Made by a program: the position numbers and the translations under genes. Below the pieces are notes generated by a model. The model saw nothing but the letters and a program-made list of their open reading frames with translations, ran no database searches and was not told the DNA's origin. This document shows positions 23,948 to 37,590 of a stretch of DNA of 64,000 nt, one piece after another (the stretch's first letter is position 1; each line of letters starts with the position of its first letter). Source of the DNA: Phoronis australis (lineage: Eukaryota > Animalia > Phoronida); contig NMRA01000192.1 in NCBI GenBank assembly GCA_002633005.1, positions 533,140 to 597,139 on the forward strand. The letters run 5' to 3'.

Positions 23948-26900
23948 GTACCAGCTAGACATTTACCTTTTACTGTCACGTTGTGATTTTACTGCGTGAT
24001 GGTGATATTTTGAAATAAGTATATTTTGAAATAAATGAAAACTCTCTTGTTTAAAATGGTTACAGTATCTCATTAAGATGTTTCTGTGTGAACATTTTTT
24101 GTTCTTCTCGTTCTGGATGGCCAATCAGATGGACGTATGCTTGTTATTGACAGAACAAATCTGCAAATTCCGCACATTATGGGCTGATAAAATGGGTTCA
24201 TTGATTGCTGTAAAAAATAACATTGGTTAAAATTAATAATGCGAACGTCTTTTGAAAACTCTAGTTCCGCTTATATGCATTGCATCCGACGTGTTGTTTT
24301 ACAACAGAGTCTATAACACATCTGTCTCAACTTTGAGATCATGTCGTTTCAAACTGCTCAAATTACCAGTGTAAAAATTACCAGTTCACCACGCTAAGAT
24401 GAATTAGTACTAGGATAAGTAACAACAAAAACGCAAAAAATAACAATACAGCAAGAGCGTGAGGAAATATTGAGTTTATTAGCTAACCCCGGTAATTATC
24501 ATGCAGCTGAAACAATATTTAACGTGAGCAGTTGTAGTTTGTGTGTGGGTGTGTGCGTGTGTGGGTGGGGGGCTCAGACCCTATTGCGAATGTCCGAGCC
24601 AGACCATCGTTTTCCCGTTTTTTTTTTCTTAGACATCCGTTTGTTTTTCAGTGAAAGTACCACATTCTCTGAAATTCGACCCCTCTATTTTTTGGGCTGG
24701 ATGCCCGACACAAAGTGTTGCCCCCCTTAGCAGTGATATCCTAGACCCACCACTATAATACTATATAGTTAAAGAAAAGTTATGAGCGTATCACTGACGT
24801 AATTTTCCTTGAGACAACTCAGCTCCCCTAACATACGTTATATTTTTTGAAAAGACCTCTGCATATTGATGATTCCTTGGTATAACCTGAAGTAGACAAT
24901 TCCAATCACCTCTCGAGAACGGGTCTGTGCAAATGCATACTTCGATCGGAGCTCCGGTTTCGCCGTCCAAGTAGAGGTGTACACCGGCACACGCGGCTAA
25001 CCGATGTATATGTGCGTGTCTTACCAACCATTACAGGTTGTTTGTGTCACATGTGAATTCTTCCTTTTTCATTGAAATACTTAATATTAACATATCAGTT
25101 TCTATAACTCTATCATTTTTCAAAATTTTGCTTCCAACTTTTATTCAAATTGGCCCATGCCCTCAATTCTGAATATGCACATGAACACAAACATGTACAC
25201 TTCCATTGGTCAATTATTGCATACAATGACACGACTTCACATGCACGCATGTACTGCTGTTTGTTTGCTCATCCGGATTTCCATANGCCCCCCGCTCCCC
25301 ACCTCCCCCCTCCCCTCTTGGTTGCCGCAAGCAAAATGAAACATCAACAACAGTAATTGTCTTTTCGACTGAGCCGGCATAATCTCCCAGGTCCCAACAG
25401 CATTCCGTGAGAATTTCAGCCCACGCATTAGGAATTTTGTCTTTGCCATGGTTTATAGACCGTTTAAGCAATGGAAGGGTCCCATATTTACATTGCTTTA
25501 TGCTACCAATATTTTAAAACCTCGTTAGTATTTAACATGTCAAATTTTATTCTGAAAATTCCCCGGCTTCCATAAGGCCACAGTGCTTTTGTTTACAATG
25601 CGTTCATCATCAATATGGCGGATAGCGTGTCACGCGCTGTCTGGCTTGCGAGTGCAGTCGAGTCACCTCTATCTATATAGCACATTGGGCGCCTCCTCTG
25701 GGAATTCCATAAGAGAATATCGGATGTGCGATTGTGTAGTCTACGATTTATAGAGAAACGCCTAGAAGGACGTGCGCGGTAGGCTTGCTAGATGTGAATG
25801 TCAAAACACAGCTAATAAACGACGTGGGTAAAGAATTTATTAAGTGAAGCTCGCTTTTCAGTTCTCCAAACCTCAATGTGCTGTCCTATTGCATCGAAAA
25901 CTATATCAAAATGTGAGACGTCAATCGTAAGTATGTTTTTGCAAATCCAACACTCAAATGGCACCTTCATGTACCTTGTGACTGTTTAGTCTTTGCCCAC
26001 CGCAATTGTGAAAAGAAGTGTGAGGGTTACCGAATTAGATTTTACTTACAGCTGCCTAAACAAATGCATCTCTGGTATGGTTAGTAAAAGTCACTCCTAA
26101 TTAAACAAATAATTGAAGTTTTTTTGGAACCGAATTAATTCTGACATTCAAAATGTCAGTCTTATGTTTGATGTCTTAAATGAGATTGGAATTCAACCCT
26201 ACCTTTTGACCCCGCCAACTACAGTGTACAATGTCGCCTCCGCCGCCACCCAATTTGGTACAACACCAAATTCACTCCTGTTCATCCCCAGTTGCCTCCA
26301 CCTCTACCCCGTCGACACCTGCTATACCCTCGAACAACAGTTTTACTTCCGTGCCCACCCCCTGTGGTCGCTTTAAGAGGCCCCTACTATGTAAAAATTA
26401 TTGAAAGGCCCTGATCGACTTCGCCAAACTTTCGCCCCTTTGGTCCCAGTCAGATTCCTCCCTACCGTCACTAACTTATTCCTGCACCCCTCCTTCCGCT
26501 AATTGGAGGTCCTCTTGCCATAGGCGTGTGGCAGTTCATTTGTTGGTAGGCAAACCTGGTGGAGGATGTCACAAAGTGTTGGGAGAAATGTGTCATGTTT
26601 TAGACCCGAGCACGTTACACGGCTACTCCTTTAGGGTATGGTTTTCATCTTTAAGGGATTTATTTTATAAATTTCACTTTGTTATGATACCAAAAGGATA
26701 CAATGCCAAAATCATTCTTTAAGGTTTATAAAAGTGACGAAAGAAAGCTCTAACATGGTGTGCGAAATAGAGAGCAACACGAGTGAAACAGAGAGCAACA
26801 CGGTATGAGTAAGCGTAACATCATGTTTGGTGACTTCAGATGTAGTTTCATCTATTACCGAGACTGAAATGAGGCCCAAGGTCAAAATTAACCTTTTTAA

Positions 26901-28479
26901 TATCTAATTTGGGGAATATTCACTAAATTTTGGTCATATTTTGGAGAGGTAGACTTTGAAAGAGTGTAGTTCCGGGCTCCCAAGGGATTTTAAATTGCTT
27001 TCCCTTCTTGAAAATGGGCTCCTGGTTTTCTTGTAACTTCACCCCAGCGATGGAGAATGATACATGTATATTAGATTGTAGATATGGCCGAATTTCATCA
27101 TCCAACGTCAAATTTCATGGTAACACCAATTCCTTAAAGGGTCATTTCAGATTGTCAAAAGCATCTGGTGCACTGATTGTGATAGGATATATTTTAGTTC
27201 TCGAATTTCGACACCCATCAAAGTTTACTGTAACATATCTTACAAGAGTAAAAAATCGCCTAAGGACCACCACGCTTTCGTAGATACACGAACACGTAAT
27301 CAGAACCTTTGCATGCTGCCAGCAAAAATAACTTGGCATATTGGGCCATACAACAAGCACGCGCACGCAAACACACGCACAATGTGAGTTCTGATTTAAA
27401 TGCAAGTTAACTTGAAAAAAATTTTTCATATCCGAATTTCACAGTACGCAATTTTATGAAGCCTCACAAAGAGGTGCGTGCAGACACATGTAGTATACAT
27501 GTACTTTACCGGAAACCTGGAGAGCACGAAAGATGGGGCGTCATAGGAGGGTTTGGAGGCTTCTGCCGAGAAATGGTCAGATTTAACGTAAAAGTGAATT
27601 CTGGTGCATTGCAGTAGTACCCTGTCACGGTTGATCAGTTAAACTTGCACTCCACAAATGCAAAAATCGTGCATGCAATTTGAGAGTGCATATCCGTCAG
27701 ACATGTACATTTTCTCTGCAAAAGGTCATCAAAATCGAACCCGTGACAGTGTGATCGAGACTGTGAATCTCGGACAAACAGATTCATCTCTATTATCGAT
27801 GCTTTTCTAATAACGTAGATCCACAAAAGAGATGCAATTATTGGATTTTTGGGAACGGTTCCAATATATCGTTTTAAACCATTTGGAGCATTGCCTTTAT
27901 GGAATACATAAACAGCGGTCTTGCTTTGTGTTTTTATCGACCGCTCCTGCCCCCAGCCCACGCCTATGCCGGTTGCCACGAAGGTTTCCCCCTCACGTCT
28001 GCAAGTCATTGGGGGTGTTGGTTTCACGGGAAAACCTGAGTAGGTTCAGAGAGGAAGAGCATCGAATGCTTCAATACATTGAGCGCTTCCGGCTATGACA
28101 GTATAAAATGAGAGAGGGAGAAACTTTTTTTTTAAATCATATAAAATCATACATTGTTTTATGACTAGGTGGCCAGCAAAGGCACAGGCCACTAAGAGCT
28201 GACCATCGAGTGACAATCTATTAAATAGATATTAACAATTAAGAAAAACAATATAGATTACAACAGAAAAAGTGCATCTACAATGAAGTTAATTGTAATG
28301 AAAGTTTATTTAAAAACGTAAATTAAACGTGTTTTACAGAGAGACTATTGATACAAAGAAAACTGCACGTTTAGAAAAGTATATGACAAGACGTAGGACA
28401 GGTGATCACGGTTACTTCAATTAGAACATGCATAACAATGTAGAACGTTACACTGAGAGATGTAAGTGTTTAATATGTA

Positions 28480-29910
28480 TTTTTCAATGCATGGAGAACC
28501 CATTACAAAGCTATGCGTGAAATACGTTCAGCAAGTGAATGTACGAACCAAAATACGCACAATCCTGCTGAAAGGTGGTGTTTGGAACTCTTGTAGTCCA
28601 CAGGTTTTTTGATTTCCACTTGAAGCGTATTAACAGGTGGTGATGTTTTGCTCGTAGTTTGAAGCAGTGCTTGCACTGTACGTAATGCTTGAGTAGTCGC
28701 TCGATGTACCCTTACTTAACTGGCAATATTTATAGTGACGCTTGAGGTACATAGGTATGACTGTCAGACACATACAGGTGTATGGTGCCTTAACATGACT
28801 GGTTGCTTGTAGTGATGCTTGAACTATGACTTCAGTAGTCGCTGGAGCTGTCTTTATTTGAGTGGTTGCTTGCGTTGAAGCTTTACGTACATGTATGACT
28901 GTAAGTCACCTGAGGTGCCCTAACTTGCTTGCAGTGGTCGCTTGGGGTGCCTTAATTGCTAATTGTAGGGTCGCTTTGAGTATGTCTTCAGTTGTAGTTT
29001 TAGGTGCCTTTTATTCATTGGCCATAATTCTCCATGATAGCAAGTAGCAGCATATGTTAATAAAAACGACGGGTTTAAGCGGGCTTGACATGTTTCGGCG
29101 TTTATAAAAACACCATCATCAGAAGAAAAAATACAATGTATCATTACTTGTTGTTGGGCCTAGCAAGGTGGCCGCTGGTTTTTTCTTCTGATGTCTCTCT
29201 CACACTGTATCTAAAAATCGAAAAAACTGGGAAATGGTCACGTGGATGGAGTCGACTCAAATAACTAGCACACTTGGACTTCAGTGCGAGCATGCACTGA
29301 CTTAAGTTCAAAAATCAACCGCTTCCTTTTCTTTCATTTAACAAAAGGAAACGACCTTGTTGAGTTTGATGGTTTTTGGTTTCCCCAAGACAAACCAATC
29401 AAACTTTGTATGTTGCTTCGTCATAGTGCATAAACACGGATGGCCATGAGAGCGAAACCTGAAGAAAAGTTGAGTTGACGTGTATCTCTGTAATCACCAT
29501 ACGTAATCCTCCTCGAACAAAATCGCTCCTACAGTAGTTCAGACTAATCACACATGCATTCATTACACCATAAAAGAAATAATTCTCAGTTGAATCGTAC
29601 ATGGATGTGTAAAATCTATGAACATACCAATTGAAAAAGACATTTGGGTGTCATAAATGCTCTTTGTTACTTTCATTTTTGTTTGGATTTGAAAAATAAC
29701 ACATATCATGCCTTCCACAATCTGCAGAAGAATACCAAAACAATTGAGACTGACCAGCTTGATAGGCCACGCTGAACTCGTCGCTGTAAGGAAAATACTT
29801 AATGGGTAGATTTTGCCGCTATGAAACCGTGAATTTTTATATTCCAAGCGAATCTCGCAGTGCCCCCAACGCTGAGTGGTAGTGCTTGTTGAATTGTTTA
29901 ACCTCACTGC
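28480..29910 (-). pseudogene. Possible decayed intronless ORF with a Thr/Ala/Gln-rich repetitive segment; identity unknown
   Basis: One minus frame from ~29800 to 29150 has only about 3 internal stops. Downstream frameshifted pieces read KAPKTTTEDILKATLQLAIKAPQATT, KASTQATTQIKTAPATTEVIVQASLQATSHVKAP and RATTQALRTVQALLQTTSKTSPP. Confidence 0.3.
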
Positions 29911-30740
29911 TCACACTGGGAAAGCTAGATCATATTAATGTTGCGGTTTACATGTACAACCATAGTAGATTTGCCTGGTCGAATTGTTTACGAAAGTCAC
30001 ATTCCCACATAGACCCCTAACCTGCTCCCTATTGACACTGATTGCGTGGTAGGCCTCTCATGGGGCTTCGTCGGCAGTGGTTTGTATTGAGCCACTAAAA
30101 TAATGCATTGGAATTGACATTAATAATTCATTTCGCTGAAGAAAGGCAATGTGGATAATGTACATTCACAATATATTGTGAAGATTGTAAAATCAACCTA
30201 GAGTGCAAAACAAGGTGAACGGACTCTATTGGTATGTTCACTTTACCTAATTGGATTTCAAGATGGTGGACAAAGCCTTGGGTAGTTTCATTGACGCAAC
30301 CGACGAGTCTCAGAGGAAGCTAGCTTGATTATGTGCTTTTCTTGCAATGCCATGGCGTTATCTCACGAAGCCTCCTCGAAATACCCAAGCCATATCGAAA
30401 TTCACTAAACCGGCCGCAAGACAGCGATGGACAGGAGTCCAGCGCCACCTACAGATTCCGTGTTATGCGGGCGAGAGGTTCAACTTGATGGTATAACCAG
30501 CGTTTTTTAAAACGCATTTCCTGCTATTATACTGACTACAAATTTCCCTTGTTGTACAGTGGCACGTACTAATATCTCATGAAAAGACGCAAATCCTTTG
30601 AAATATCAATGGATAAACAAGGACATTATGTTCCAGTCAAGTCTCACTTCGACGGAATATTCGCGACAATGTCAGTAGCTGCGACTGTTCATTTCGATCC
30701 CAGTTGGTGTCAAAACGGTAAAATGAATTATCGAACTTAA

Positions 30741-32427
30741 AGGAGAATGCCACCCGATTTAATTAGTCTTTTTTGCCGTCTTAATCGGTCTATATCCACA
30801 TCGCCTCGCATACGGTCGACCTTACCTTGCCAAGAGGTGTCGCGTTAACCTGTGAGGAAGGTGAGAAACGACTCTAGCGACGTCAGTGGTTCATATGCAG
30901 AGTGAATGCCGCTATGTTGCGGTGCATCGTTCCCGCTTGTCAGAACTAAGCAGCTGCGAGGAAAGCGGATGTATCGTTTTTTTTACTTCCTCGAAAGTCC
31001 GAAATGCTTAGGAAGTGGCTCATGGTAGTGAAGAATGAAATGTACGCTGTAAATAGCAAGTATGAGGCCGTGAAACATCTCCTTGTCTGTGGCCTGCAGA
31101 CGTCGACAGTGCCTGACGAATGCCGGCTTATCAAACTCCATACGTTCCGTTGTCTGAGCTTGTTCACGGCGCCTCTCTTGTATTTCTTCATCACTGTATT
31201 CCTGGTCGAATTGATAGCCTGTAAAACTTAACGATCCACCTGCGAAGTCGGGACTGATGAGCTCTAGCTCGTCCTAAGTCAGGATTGCGAGTTGCCATGT
31301 TGACGTTTATTACTGAGCCTTCTGTTACAAAATGAATTATTCTCACCCTAACCAATACTTATATAAAACTGAAACAAAGTCTGTCTCATTAGATGCAATT
31401 TGTAATGCCTTTGGGGTGTTCGTGAGTGAGTGCAAATGATTAATTTGAGAAGCCAGCAATAAATAAATCACTGCGTTACCGGCTTTAGGTGCAATAAAAC
31501 TAATTGACGGGACACCGAGGCCATGTGAGCTCGTGCTAATTTATTGTTTGCTGGCAGAAACTGTTGTGAAACAACTCGATTTCCATCCCACGGCCACTTG
31601 TTAGGGGAATCTTTATTTCCTTTTACATTACTCAAATAATGATTGTCAATGTACAACTTCTGCCCTGACGGTGCTGTGGCCGGCCAAAGCGGAACTGAAT
31701 TCGCGGCCCCCAACGAGTAAGTAGATTTGCAATTTCGTGGCTAATTCACCAACATAATTAGGTGCACCTTACTTAGGCTCACTAATATAGTATTTTCTTG
31801 ACTGGAAGTTTAGTTTCCACTGAGATTTGGCTGGTTTATGTTCGTGATGTCTGATCAGTTTCCGAGCCACTGGCCGGGATAACGAGTCAATCCGGCCGGC
31901 CGCGACGGGCCTGATCGGGCTCCGAGCCACTGGCCAGGATAACAAGCGTTTTGTGTTTAGAAATCAAAAAATCACAAGTCTAAACAACACAGATGTAGGT
32001 TCTCCTGTCTGCATCTCATGGAAAATACTTCGAAATTATCTCCGAACAGACCCCAAACTCCTGCTACGGACCTTATTGGCCTGCCGAACTTTGTGGGTTA
32101 CGGTGTGTCCAAATACGAATAAATCCGTAAGAGCAAAATAAAACAACAAGTTTTTATGAGAACTAGGTGTATTTTTAAGGGTTTTACATCGAAGTTTGAT
32201 GATTTATTGGTGTTAAACGATCACTTCAAGCGATAAGCTGACACCAGTAACCCGTGTTGTGAACTGCTGAACAAACTGTGTGTGAATGCGATGACGTCAT
32301 TGGATAATTTCAACACCTCCGTCTGCCGTCAGGTGTCAAGTAAGGCAACCGTACGTGTCGTTGTGGAGTAGAACTACTCGATCTAAATTGATACAAATTA
32401 GGTTGTTTTTTTGGGTGGCATGCTCCT
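30741..32427 (+). mobile_element. Non-autonomous Kolobok-like DNA transposon
   Basis: TTAA TSD (30737-40, 32428-31); 15-bp TIRs AGGAGAATGCCACCC / GGGTGGCATGCTCCT (1 mismatch). THAP remnant on + from 30914: MLRCIVPACQN*...VSFFLLP...LRKWLMVVKN...LLVCGLQ. Convergent minus remnant from 31298 contains GYQFDQEYSDEEI. Confidence 0.85.
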
Positions 32428-33372
32428 TTAACTCATCAAACATTGGGAGGAGCTGGCAGTAGAATTAATTCCTTTTATTCTAAATTAATGAACCTCTATG
32501 TAGTACTTGAATTTCTATCCACAAAAATCTTAGTCGGGATCAATCGGAAGTAACTTTCGTTCTCTTATTACTCACTAGAGGGCGCCAATATGAAAATTAC
32601 TCTTTTGGACTTGGCAGTCTTGTGAGTGGTGTTCTTGAAAAGAAACTATGCCCATGAATACGACAGCCGTTTTATTTTTTCCTCTTGGAAAAAAGAGACG
32701 AAAGAAAAGTCTTTACAAGTTGGTCCGCGTCTTCATCGAAGACGACCGGCTCTGTTTGCATTTCAGGACTCTGCGACTTGCGCTGTCTTTGGCTGTTCTA
32801 AAAGCCTGGAAGATTTAAGGGTGAACAATTCTTTTTCTTCTGAAGACCTTATTGTCAGGTTTGATATTGGTTTTGTCATACCTTTTTCATAGTTACCCTG
32901 TACTTGTGTTTATTGCGCCTCCTCTGCGCTATCTGGCGGTGTCTTCGCCTGTGGTCGCTTTTGAGTGAATCCATGTGACCTGTGCATGGAAACAGTTTTT
33001 GTGAACAATATACATGTAGGCAGTCAATCTTTTTTGCAAGAGTCAGCCATAGATCTTATTTAGTCGGCGTATGTTCCCAGCTGCTTTCGGGTGAGGACAG
33101 AGATGTGTAAGAGAGTCCAAGCGTGAACGTGGACCTGTGTCTTTGCTTTGTCCGGAGGCGGGCTTTATCTGTAGCGGTAGTTGCCGGTGTGTTATATCGT
33201 GAACACGATACCAGTCTTTTGTACACATTCGTTTCTCTTTGAAGTCGGACTCTTGATTATTAGTCAATTCATTGGAAAGCAAGATAAAATGTGTTTAGAC
33301 AGCAACCCAAACAAAAACACCTAAATTATCATATATCAGTATAGTTCGGTAGCAGCCCTTCATTGACACAAA

Positions 33373-34336
33373 CTTGGTTGAAGGCACGACTGTACATTTT
33401 GTTAGACAGCTTTACATATGGTGGTCTCGTGGTCTCTATACAATCTCCTATCTTCAGGCGTACAGTTATGAAGGAAAACATCAAGAGACATAACGGACAA
33501 ACAAGTTAATGAGTTACTTCATTTCGAGACCACATGTCAAATCATCAGGCAATAGATGAGATGAACGCGAAATCGAAATAAACTTTGAAGTAAACGGTGA
33601 CAGCAGTTAGAAGGACGTGTACCTGCAAGCAGGGGGTATGGGAGACCACAAGCCATCCTGGGTACACAACCGTGACCTTTTCATTCAGCGCAGGTTTTTC
33701 ATGACTGGTCAATAGAGACTCCAAAATCTTTAACCGAAATGTGTCATTTTCTACCAAGCAAGTGGTCGTTTACTATTTCTGTCCTGGTTATTTTTCGGGC
33801 ATGTTGGTGTAAAAAATCCAAATGCGTAGACAGCCGTCAGGAGAGGGGACATACAATGCACCGTGTGTCCAATGTAACGCTGTTCACGAGAATGAGGACG
33901 GAGACATTCGTTCATATTAGATGTGATAACCACAGGTCGCTATTTTTCCTGACTGGGGTTGTTTTCCATGGCAATGCTATGTGATTTGATATTCTGATAA
34001 CAATGAATAATTTCCATTCAATTTATCACCAGGTTTGACAACCTTAACCCTATCTGTTTCGATTTTCTCAAGCACGTGTTCGTCACTCAATCACTAGACA
34101 TACAGTTCTTATAGTAAACGTCCTTACTAGCGCAAGCGCTAGGTCCAGTGTCAACACGACATCGTGACATGTGGTCTCGAAATGTAGCAACTATTTTAAC
34201 TTGTTTTCCGTTATTTCTTTTGGTGTTTCGCTTCATAACTACACGCCTGAAGCCGGAGATAATACACGTATAGAGACGACAATCGAGTATACATTTAAGC
34301 TGCCTAACAAAAAGTCCTGTCGTGCCTTCAACCAAG
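33373..34336. mobile_element. MITE / non-autonomous DNA element with ~170-bp TIRs
   Basis: 33373-33539 (cttggttgaaggcacgac...catttcgagaccacatgtca) is the degenerate reverse complement of 34166-34336 (tgacatgtggtctcgaaatg...gtcgtgccttcaaccaag). Confidence 0.85.
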
Positions 34337-34884
34337 AATACATATACATATAATCAAATGTATTTGTACTTCATTGTTTTTCAATAATTTTGTTGTACAT
34401 ATATAAGTTAATAAACGCATGATCTATCTCTTTTTCTCTCTCTTAATCGCCTTATTCGCAAAGTTTGGATCCACCAACTTCAAAAGAACATCGGTGCATT
34501 GACCCCGCGCATGAACTCTCCTCTATTTTGACTAACTAAATGTTAATTAGTACTTTAATGAGCTAATAATCGACATGCGTTCATAAAATGAAGTGACGTA
34601 CGCGTAGTCTCCAGATGCGCTTTTCTGATCCGTGTGGGAGCAGATCCGGGCTTAAAGCGGCAACAAGTTCGACTTCTATCCGAAATAACGGTTTTTATTG
34701 ATACCGCTTATCATTATCAAATTGGTCTCAAATCTTTCCTTACTCCAAATAGGTGCAATTCCTGGACTTGGGGAGTACTGACAGTGCTTGTCACCAGGCC
34801 CCACAAATTGTCACTGCGAGTCATTTTATTCGCCGAGCATGGTCTCGTGGAACAACGAAGTGTCTGTACTTTGCAACACAAAAG

Positions 34885-35040
34885 CAGTGGCGGATTCAGA
34901 GGGGGAGTGCAAGGGGCCATGCCCCCCCTAAAATTCTCCCAGATTCCATGAGCCAGTTCGGGGGTGCGAATGTCTGACGGGCACAATCCTGGCTAATATT
35001 CTGCCCTGCCCCACCCCCTAACTCCCTGGATCCGCCCCTG
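34885..35040. mobile_element. 156-bp MITE with apparent 5-bp TSD
   Basis: TIRs CAGTGGCGGATTCAG / CTGGATCCGCCCCTG; AAAAG at 34880-84 and 35041-45. Confidence 0.8.
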
Positions 35041-35090
35041 AAAAGAATCACTTATTATCTTTGTAAGGGACAAAATGAGACCCATTTTAA

Positions 35091-36120
35091 AAGGGAACTG
35101 TATTTTATTCTGAATAAATTCTGGATAGTTTTCTATGAATTGTTGATTAATTTCACAAATAATTCAACACCAAAAATTAAACTTATGTTCTCTAACGAAG
35201 CTCAAAAAATTACCGGCTTGGAGCGCTGCTTAGTCTCGTGACGTATTTGGCGGGGGCAAAGTCACTGTCCTGTGTTAGCGTGCAATCAAGTAGCGTTTTT
35301 TATATTGTCGGAATAAGAAATTTTAGTGTGAAATTTCGGGTCACAAGGGATACCTGTTTGAGCCGAGGCAACACAANNNNNNNNNNNNNNNNNNNNNNNN
35401 NNNNNNNNNNNNNNNNNNNNNNNNNNNNNNNNNNNNNNNNNNNNNNNNNNNNNNNNNNNNNNNNNNNNNNNNNNNNNNNNNNNNNNNNNNNNNNNNNNNN
35501 NNNNNNNNNNNNNNNNNNNNNNNNNNNNNNNNNNNNNNNNNNNNNNNNNNNNNNNNNNNNNNNNNNNNNNNNNNNNNNNNNNNNNNNNNNNNNNNNNNNN
35601 NNNNNNNNNNNNNNNNNNNNNNNNNNNNNNNNNNNNNNNNNNNNNNNNNNNNNNNNNNNNNNNNNNNNNNNNNNNNNNNNNNNNNNNNNNNNNNNNNNNN
35701 NNNNNNNNNNNNNNNNNNNNNNNNNNNNNNNNNNNNNNNNNNNNNNNNNNNNNNNNNNNNNNNNNNNNCTTTAGAAGACGCCTTTTTCGAAGAGTTTGAG
35801 CAACCAGGTGCCATACAAAAAGGCATAGCGAACCTTTTACAGCACTGTGGCAAACAATAAAAAAATAAGGACGATTGATACAATGATAAATTACGATGTA
35901 AACTCTTCAAATATGACATAAGCAATGAATGTGCAAAGCAGCCGATACCCCGCCGTTCACGTCACTGACACATCAGCCAATCAGCGATCGCTTTCAGAAT
36001 TCAGTGTTTTGACCATGAATACGAATTGGCTTTTGTTTGGCACGCAAGTCGGGCAAATGTGAGTTTTATTTGTATGTTAGAACCGATTAACTGCAACATT
36101 ATTTTGACTACAGTCCCCTT
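35091..36120 (-). mobile_element. Kolobok-like element spanning an assembly gap
   Basis: TTAA at 35087-90 and 36121-24; TIRs aagggaactgta / tacagtcccctt. A THAP start, MPFCMAPGCSNSSKK, on the minus strand at ~35826 runs into the gap. Confidence 0.75.
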
Positions 36121-37204
36121 TTAAAGCGATAAGTGTTCAGAATCAGAATTGTATTTCTTTGATAGAACGCAGGCTTATCGTCGCTGTACAATATGTCGTG
36201 TTGTTGAGGGCTCAACCTTGGTATAGACTAGAGCACTTCGGCGGGACTCGTCACCCGGATGTCTTGGCATATTAAACGTTTCTTGCTTTGGTGTAGCACA
36301 TTCGCTAATATCAAGCTGTTTGGGACGAATGTTTTTTGCTCAGCTTCTCTTGAAATTGGCTGAAAAATAAATTCGTATCAGTATACTTAGATAGTAGACT
36401 GTTTATTCGATCCTTTTGTAGCCAGCTCGTGTTGACCAGAGATGCTACTCTAAAGTATAGTGGCCACCCATAGGGTCCCCATTGGGGGTCTAGAAATTTC
36501 CTGTAGTTTAAGATTTTTTGATTGCTTGATGTTGAGATGGTCCCCATGAAGCATTTTAGCTGGCTTGTAATCATGACAATTTTCAGCATTTTTTTAAATA
36601 TACAAACTAAGGCCACCGTTATGAGAAATTCTGTTTTTGCTTATACTACTTGGGCTATGACGCCATCAACATACTAAGTCCAACTAGATTGGAGGACACC
36701 AGGCACCGCGAGTCGTTAAAATATTGTTGCGCACAAACTCCATTGCTTTGAAGATGAACTGTGAAAAATCAACATATCTGATATCCATAGTTCAGAAAAA
36801 TAAGGAAATTTGTGAACCGATAGAAATAACCCTCGTCATGGGTGTGCGATGTGGTATGCGCATACAAATTTCTTTTCCGTTGAGTTTTGTTGTGTAGCAC
36901 GGCGTCTAGTGGTGAAGAAAATGGCAGTGTCGATGGCAGCATTCATAATAGAGGCATCAAACGTATTATTTCCCGCTAGGTCCAGTGCTATACACGTAGC
37001 TCTTTTAAAAAAGCACATTGCATGCCTCCAAAACAAAACGTGTTATTAGAATATTTGGCACTTAATAAACATGCAATGTGATATCAGGATTTAAGACTTC
37101 GTTTAAAAGAATTATTAAACATGACCTTCAATGAGTGGTTAGCTTTTTACATGCTATCCGAATGCAGGACCAATCTCATTAATTAGTCCGTTGAATCCAC
37201 TGAG

Positions 37205-37410
37205 CGTTTAGGTTTCATCCCAGTGGCCGAGTGACGTAGTATTTTCATTGGGCGAGATTGTTCGAGGTCGGAACTTAATCATTTTGGCTGACGGAGATGA
37301 GTTCATTCATACAGACAGCTTGCAGACGTGATTGTAGTTTATCATCGCTGGCACGTAAGTGGTGATGGTCGAGAAATGTGAGCGAGAAAAAATTGACGTG
37401 CCTCGCTGCA
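37205..37410 (+). promoter_or_regulatory. Putative promoter/5'UTR of K2P exon-1 copy A, conserved with 62670-62875
   Basis: Conserved TGACGT (CRE half-site, 37232), ATTGG (reverse CCAAT, 37247) and TCATTC (Inr-like, 37303). The ~120-bp block from 37291 differs from copy B at only about 5 positions. Confidence 0.55.
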
Positions 37411-37590
37411 ATTATTATGCTTTAACCTGTTTCTGCCTACCGTTTAACTGATCTCACTCAGACGCCATGAGGGATGATTAACGGTTGGTTAGGACTCCGT
37501 GTTCAGATTACCTGGAAAACCGCGGATGATTGGAATTAGCTGAACTCAGTTTTTATTTCGACAAACATTAATCCTTGACACGCTGTCAAA

